This document shows, piece after piece, positions 57,211 to 64,000 of a DNA stretch of 64,000 nt. The stretch is from Paraspadella gotoi. Its lineage: Eukaryota > Animalia > Chaetognatha. The notes beneath the pieces are model-generated. The model was given only the letters and a program-made list of their open reading frames with translations, was not told the origin of the DNA and made no database searches. The stretch lies in NCBI GenBank assembly GCA_051294375.1, contig CM119263.1, forward strand, positions 6,234,932 to 6,298,931. Direction: 5' to 3'. Made by a program: the position numbers and the translations under genes. Numbering within the stretch: the stretch's first letter is position 1; each line of letters opens with the position of its first letter.

Positions 57211-57457
57211 AAATTTAGCGATAGTTTTTTTCGGACTAGCGATGATTACGCTCGAAGAGGCTTTTGAAACATTTCGTTTAAAAAAAAAATGAATATTTTT
57301 GAATAATGAAAACAAGAACGTGAATACCGAATGTGGATTGTTTATTCTAGCAAAACGGAGCTAATTTATCAATTAGTTCTATGCACGCACACTTTAGATT
57401 TTTTTAGGTATTTATTTATTTACATAATGATTTTATTATCTTATCGTCTACGTCGCT

Positions 57458-60400
57458 TTAAATAAAAGTTGGTAAAACGTTTATCGCATCTTCTAATCCT
57501 TCGCTCTCTTCTCCCTTCGAATCTTCGTTCGCATCTTTGAACGCGTCTTCAGTCGAATCCTTGAACGCGTCTTCAGTCGAATCCTTGAACGCGTCTTCAG
57601 TCGAATCCTTGAACGCTCCCTCGCTCAGTTTTGGAAGCCTGAACCAAAGCAAGCCCAAATTCATTGTTAGACTTAGAGAAGGCAGAAACGGATTAGTAAA
57701 TTATTAGTAATAGTTAATACGAATACGAATAAGAAACTGAAAATTGACGGCTTGTCGGTGAGTCAACGGTGCTCGGTTTGTATGATAATGATCAATAAAA
57801 CTAAAAGCAAACATGAATCAGCGTAAGTGACAGCGCGAAACAATACTGAGAACCTGAGTGACTTAATAAGTCGATTCAATTTCTCGCTCTTCCCGCTTTT
57901 TCCATCTCGCTCAACTGCCGCCCTCGTATCAGCAGCCGCCGCGTCGCCCGCCGCCGCCTCGGCTTCCTCCGCCGCCGCCGACGCCACCGCCGTCCGAAAC
58001 TCCGCCGCCAGTATTCGATGTTGTCGACTATGTGGCGCGGCGTTCTTTTTGCGGCGCCGGGCGAAATTGCGCGCCGATCGGATTATGCGATTTCCGAACG
58101 AAGACGACCCCGGATCAGCTTCCCAAGACGGGGACGGCGACGCCGACTCGGAGGATGACGATGGCGGCGTCGTTCGGCTAAAAAGGCGCCGCGTGGGGAA
58201 TTTTTAGTTGTTGATTTAAATCATTTTTTTGATCTGTTCATTGGTCTGTCGGTCCATTTGTAGGTTGTTTGGTAAGCATTTATACTTGTTATCTTTAGGG
58301 ATCTTATTATCAGTTTCGTCAGATAATAACTGAGCGATGAACATGAACAAATTTTAAAAATGGTTAATTTTTTTATATAATAAATTTCAGACCAGGAATT
58401 TCTGCTAAAGGATTCGGAATCGTCCTCCATCGATCCGTCCGAACGTTCCTTCGTCCGTTCGTCCTTCCATCTGGCGAGGTCGACGGAGCAAACGGGATGA
58501 CGATCTGTATCAAGGATTTCGGATAATCGATGAGGAAAGATCCGGTTGCGTCCACACGAAATTATTGCCTCACAAGTCACAACACGTGAACCTGATGGTA
58601 ATTGAGACTAACAACGCCGATATGCCCACGTTTAATTAGACTTAGTCTTCAGTTTAACCAGTTAAACGGAAGAAAAGAACGGAATAGACCGAACAAAACG
58701 ACGAGAAATCACGCGCAGTAAAATTAGCAGGCGACGCTTGCGCGGGGGAAATCTAATTATCTTTCTCTATTTATTTTTTAAATTATATTTGAATCTTCAC
58801 TCTCTGATGTTCGTCACGTGCGTATCGGGTTCAAATTACACATGCGCGCGCAAGACCTGCGTGCTCAGACACTTTTCCACTATTTTTTTTTTCATCTCCG
58901 CGTCTGACTTCAGAACCTGACGGAAAAAATTAATAAACAGATGGCGCAACTAGTGAATCTTTGTTTCAACATATGAGCGCGAATTTTTTTCACACTGGCT
59001 TCGAAACAATCGGACATTTTGAAATGAATTCATACCCTCACTATTACAGATTTTAGATGAGCTAATTTCAAATTCATTCAACTACGGATCGCTGTAGATG
59101 TAGATGGTTTCTTAGTAAATATAGATTAACTTTGCTCCTACATTTGGGTAAAAACTCAAGATTTAAACGAAATACGGAAAGTTGAGACTTTCCTTTATCC
59201 GCTCTCACAGTGCCGAAAAAATCCGGTAACGCGATCTCTAGCAAAGTTGCCATCTTGCCATTTGCCATCTCGCCATCCTAAACAATCAACACTTGCGTCA
59301 GCGAGAGAGTGAAACAGAAAACTTGGCTCATTGTTTTGAAAAATAAAAGAGGAGAGCGGAAGAAGGACATAGACGTGTCAATCAAAAAGTAGAACTAAAC
59401 TCAGACCGAAAAAAGCCAGAGGTTATTCCAATATATTCTTATACCGGCCAATGTAAAATAAGGGCAATATCGTTAATGTTAAGTTTCAAGTAAATCCAAC
59501 CGTGAATGTGACACTGGGTCAGAGGATTCCTGTATTTGAAGACATTTGTTGAGTAACATACCTCAATCAAGTTTATAATGTTTTGAAAGGAAAAAAATCC
59601 TTTTCATTTCTATATAAAAATTTTCTATACAGGAGTAATGTATTTGTCCTGGCTCGTTTGATATCAAAATGTTGGTTATTAGAGAAGAGAAAAAAAAAGC
59701 GAGCTTTTCAGACGCAACGCTCACAGAATCGAGCGTTTTTACATCTATTTATACCGGAATTTTTCCCAGGGGCGTTTATAAAGTTTGGTATTCAAATTTG
59801 AACAAAAATTTCCGTTGAAAAAGTATTCTAATATTTCTAAGATTGACGTCGACTTATACAAAAAGGAAAGGACGACGACGACCACGACGACGATGTTGAG
59901 TTCGACAAATGGGAAGACGATTAAGAAGACGACGATCATAACTATGTAGATGATGTCGAAGAATGAGACCCTTTGAAGACGTTTCAAAACGGCAAAAAAA
60001 GACAACAATTAACACTACAACAAAAACAACAACAACATCACCTCGGACCGAGGATGAATCGTCGCTCGTCTCGGAAATCGTCGATAAAGACGTCGTCATC
60101 TTCGGTAGCATCCTCTCCGCAAACGCTTCGAAAGAAAGATCTTTCGCCGCGTCGACAGCCGCGTCGGCAGACATTTCGAAGGCTCCGTCAGACCCCGATA
60201 CTACAGACTCCCGTTTTAACTCAAAGTTTCGCAGATTCGCTGTCGGTCTTATTTCTCGGTCGTGGCGCCGCTTTAGTTCGGCTTTAGACGACGGCGCCGA
60301 CGCGCGATCCTTTGAGGACGAAACCGACGCCGCCAATCGACGCCGACAGTCGTCCAACGAGCGCCTGTCTCGGATGGAGTCGCGAAACCGGCGCCATCCT

Positions 60401-63110
60401 TCGTCGGGTAATCGACGTCCGGCGCCGGAATCAGGAAAGAGAGATGCCGAATCGCCGGCGTCGTTGGGTCCGAGAGGCGATGGCGCTGGCGCCTGGGGTC
60501 ACGGGATCAAATTATTGAAAGGCGAAGTGAGAGTCAAGGTTTGGATAATATCAAACAAAACTGGTATACCTATTGATAAAATGCTATGCCTCTCTCTCTC
60601 TCTCCCTCATTCCCTCAATTTCTTAGTATTCGAGTTTGACCGGTCATTTGTCTGTCCAGTCAACATTTTCACAGTATTTAATAGTTGATTTTCGGAGAGA
60701 AACGAGAACACTTTTCAGTCCTGTTTTTACACTCAATAAAAAATGTTTTCCTGCTTTTGGATCCCGTTTTTACGGGTTTTCGATGATATTACTAATAATG
60801 TTTCTTGATAAATTCTAAAACGTATTTCTCGAATCCCATGTTGAAACAGTCAGAAACGAGAGACGTTTGGATGCCGTCTCCGCTAGCGAGAGAATAAGTC
60901 GCAATTGACACAAACAATTCTCACAGTAAAAACGGGATCCAAAAGCAGACAGACGTAATGTGATCGTCTCCTATGAGGGTAGACTTGATCGCCAGGGCAA
61001 GGACTTCTGCTCAGGACTGAGTCACTGGTAAGTCCGGCTCGCAATTGACACAAACAATTCTCACACCTAATAACTATTAACGAACGTACTTGAAAATTCG
61101 TTGCCTTCGACGAAGCCTTTTCATCGACTGACGTCGTATCGCTTGATCTCCCGGCTTGAGTAAAGAAAATGAGAAAGACGCGAAAATGCTTGTAAGATTA
61201 GCAAGCTAACGAATTTATTTCAACAGGAAATAACACTCGCCGTTTGAATTTAAACGACCACTGATCAATGATTTACCGTTTATATTTGATTGATAACAAC
61301 GATCTTCACTCCTCAGACACTCATCAAATATCAAGCAAACGACTTTAGTTAAAATAAACCGGCAAGCTTTCTCACCGTCGAAACTTATTCGGTACAAAAC
61401 TCTTTGTGAATCCGACGAACCAGTTTTGTATTTTCTCATTTTTCCTGCAGAGAATTAGGGAGGGAATGGATTGAGAGATTTAGGGAAAAAGAAATGGAGA
61501 CAGATGGATAGAAGGATGGAAAAAGGTAAAAAATTAAATAGGCAAGGAAATAAAAAATGTATTTTGATGCTGGGCTGAGTACAATATAGTATTGACCGAT
61601 CTAATACTTAAGGGAGTGGTCTTTTCATACAATCGAAACATTTTTTTTGAAATATTATGCTACTTCATTGATAGGGAAGCCAGGTACTCTGGGAGTGTCT
61701 GAACGAGACTGTGAGAGAGTCTCGATTGAAAGTTTGCAGGGACCTGCTATGTGATTATCTTGTAAGAGCGATGGAGGCCTTGAACCAGCAAAGTCAGATA
61801 GCTTATTTATTAAATGAATGGATAATTTTTAAATTGGTAGTACCAATTTTATATTCATAAGAGAGTAATTAACTTTCAAGGAAGGAGGAGGAGGAGGAGG
61901 AGGAAAAATGGAGAGCTTTTCCGAGAATCTCGAGAGGGAAAAAAAACCTGACGAACGGCGGGAGTTTCCCGAATGAGTTGAGGGGGAGGAAGAATTCTGG
62001 AATTTTCGACGATTTAAAAGGAAAAACAAAACAACGCGAACGATTTTGATAATTAACGAAGTATGCCAGAGAAAATTGAGGGATCAAAGTTTAGGCAAAA
62101 AAGATTTAAAAAAAAAAACAAAACAAAACCTACTGACTCGGTCTCATTATGCTTACTTTATCGTACCTTATTTAACCAAGCGTCGCTGTATTTATAATTA
62201 ACGTACTAACTAAAATTATTTTCCCCGCAAAATCGATTTTGAGACCTCCCGAAAGAAGTTGAGAACAAAAAAAAATAAACTTTTAAATACGGATGACTGA
62301 GGATGGAATCGGAAACTAAACAACAACAAAAAATCCTTAACCTTCCGACCACAATCGCGACGAATATAATTAGAGTTTCATATTTTTCCTCTTCATTCTT
62401 TCCTCATCTTAGCAAAAGTTATTTCCCAGAGGCTTCTCCTCCGATCCCTCCCCCCTCCCCCTCCCCCCAAACAACCCCCGTTTCGATCGCTGCCTCCGTC
62501 ACTCGATGTAATTTTGTTCGACTAAAACCATAGCGAGTTTCCGCTTCGTTCTCTCGCTAAATCCCTCGCAGCTGCTACGCCCTCTTTTTTTCCTCAGTTT
62601 CCTTTATACATTTTTGCCCTTTTTTTTTTGGTGCCCGCAGACGAGGAGAAAGTTGGAAAATTTCAGCCGCCTCCACATCCGGTTGGAATCGAAAACCCGG
62701 AACCGACGACGGGGAAAATTGCGATCGTCGTTAAAATTAAATTGGCGAGTAAACGAATGAAATAAAATAAACCAAAAAAGACAAAAAAATGTGAGTAAAG
62801 CGACTGGGATTGCTTCAAGTAAAACGCAGATCAATCAAATCCGTTATTTAAAAACCTCCTATATTTATATTTTAGTCAATCAATCACTCCCACCGCAACG
62901 CAGATTTTCTTCCCGGACGAGGGCGTAGCATTCAACGTGTCGCGTCGCCTCCGCGTTCCGGAAGTAAGGAGCGAGGGCGGTGAGCAGTGCGGCGGCTGCG
63001 GCGGCGGCCGCGCGGAGCGACGCCCACGCTCTCTTAAGGCGGCGTCCCAAGGATACGCCTATCCAAAAGAGCGCAGCGCGCCTAACCAAAACAACGAAGC
63101 CTAGAATCAT
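57458..63110 (-). CDS. Possible uncharacterised multi-exon gene (structure unresolved)
   Basis: GC-rich, exon-like minus-strand open segments at about 62890-63110, 61375-61444, 60040-60500, 57860-58205 and 57458-57640. Some have plausible AG/GT boundaries (e.g. CTGCAG| near 61444 and |GTGAG near 61375). No domain was recognised and I could not build one continuous spliced ORF. Confidence 0.3.
57520..57618. repeat. 24 bp tandem repeat (DAFKDSTE on the minus strand)
   Basis: TTGAACGCGTCTTCAGTCGAATCC about three times, in frame within the ORF at 57458-57664. Confidence 0.75.
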
Positions 63111-64000
63111 CGCGGATTCGCGCTAAATTATCGATTTAATTCGGTGTCGTAAAAGCGCGGATAATGAAGCGCGGTAATTGGGGGGGAAGTTACTTTGAGA
63201 AATTAAGTGCTCGGAGTAAATTCTGACGCGTGTGGATTGATAATTTTTGACTAGGGCATTTTTACGGGCTGTGATATTCTTTAAATATTAAAAAATGACA
63301 TTTGATGATTAATATCTTCAGTACATTTTTTAGGTTTTCTTCGAATTAACGTTAGTAAATTTATTAAATTCTAAAAAATATTTCGACAAAAATTATTGTA
63401 GAGACTCTTAGCACAGATTGTTACTAGTAAGTTTTTAATATTGATAAAGGCTACTTTACTTTGCTACGCTTTCTCTGTATTTTTTTATGATGAATAGATA
63501 AATCGTTTTATTCCATATAACCGTTATCATTTCTTCATAAGCAAATATATTGCAACAATACGAACATAAATAAAACGTTTTAAAATTTTATCACAAGGCA
63601 ATTTATGCAATTTTATGCAATTTTCCTGTTACAAACAGTTTCATAGTATTGTATTCTAAATTGTAAATGGCAAGCGTGAGCACTGCGAGAGAGAGAGAAA
63701 GAGACGAGAGAGAGGCGAGAGAAGAGAAGAGAGAGAGAGAGAGAGAGAGAGATGCGAAAGAGAGAGGCCGTCATCGCTCTGGTTACGGTCAAGTTTAAAA
63801 CGACAATATTGAAAACCTGAAATACTCAAATAGAAAAAATAAAGGTTTCGCTCGTGGTTTTGTTTTGTTTTTTAAACGACGATCGCTTTCGCAAATAATG
63901 AACATTTAAAAAAACATTTAAACAGAAAAAAAAAGGTTCAAAAAGTGAAGTACGAATTGTTCTCTTTTTCTTTTCAAAGAAAAGACGAATGAAAGCGTTT

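Overview
This is animal (invertebrate-type) genomic DNA with GT-AG introns, GC-rich exons, AT-rich introns, many (AG)n/(GAC)n/(AAT)n microsatellites and three N-gaps. It is not prokaryotic, and most of the supplied ORF track is noise. I spliced four multi-exon genes by hand. (1) A two-exon Not/Noto-class homeobox gene (+, 17903-20593). (2) A six-exon membrane acyltransferase that reads like bacterial OpgC/MdoC (Acyl_transf_3) proteins (-, 24129-27606), a candidate intron-bearing horizontal transfer. (3) A highly divergent SNAP-25-family Qbc-SNARE (-, 31625 to at least 38335) in which both zero-layer glutamines appear to be prolines. (4) A long 15-exon drebrin-like/Abp1 gene (-, 43337-55388). 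The window also holds an intronless, broken adenosine deaminase pseudogene, a frameshift-riddled inverted copy of the Not locus joined to a 2 kb direct duplication (most likely an assembly or amplification chimera), three short palindromic insertions carrying hammerhead-ribozyme cores (Penelope-like), a hAT-type MITE and other dispersed repeats. All family assignments come from motif recognition from memory; no database searches were run.
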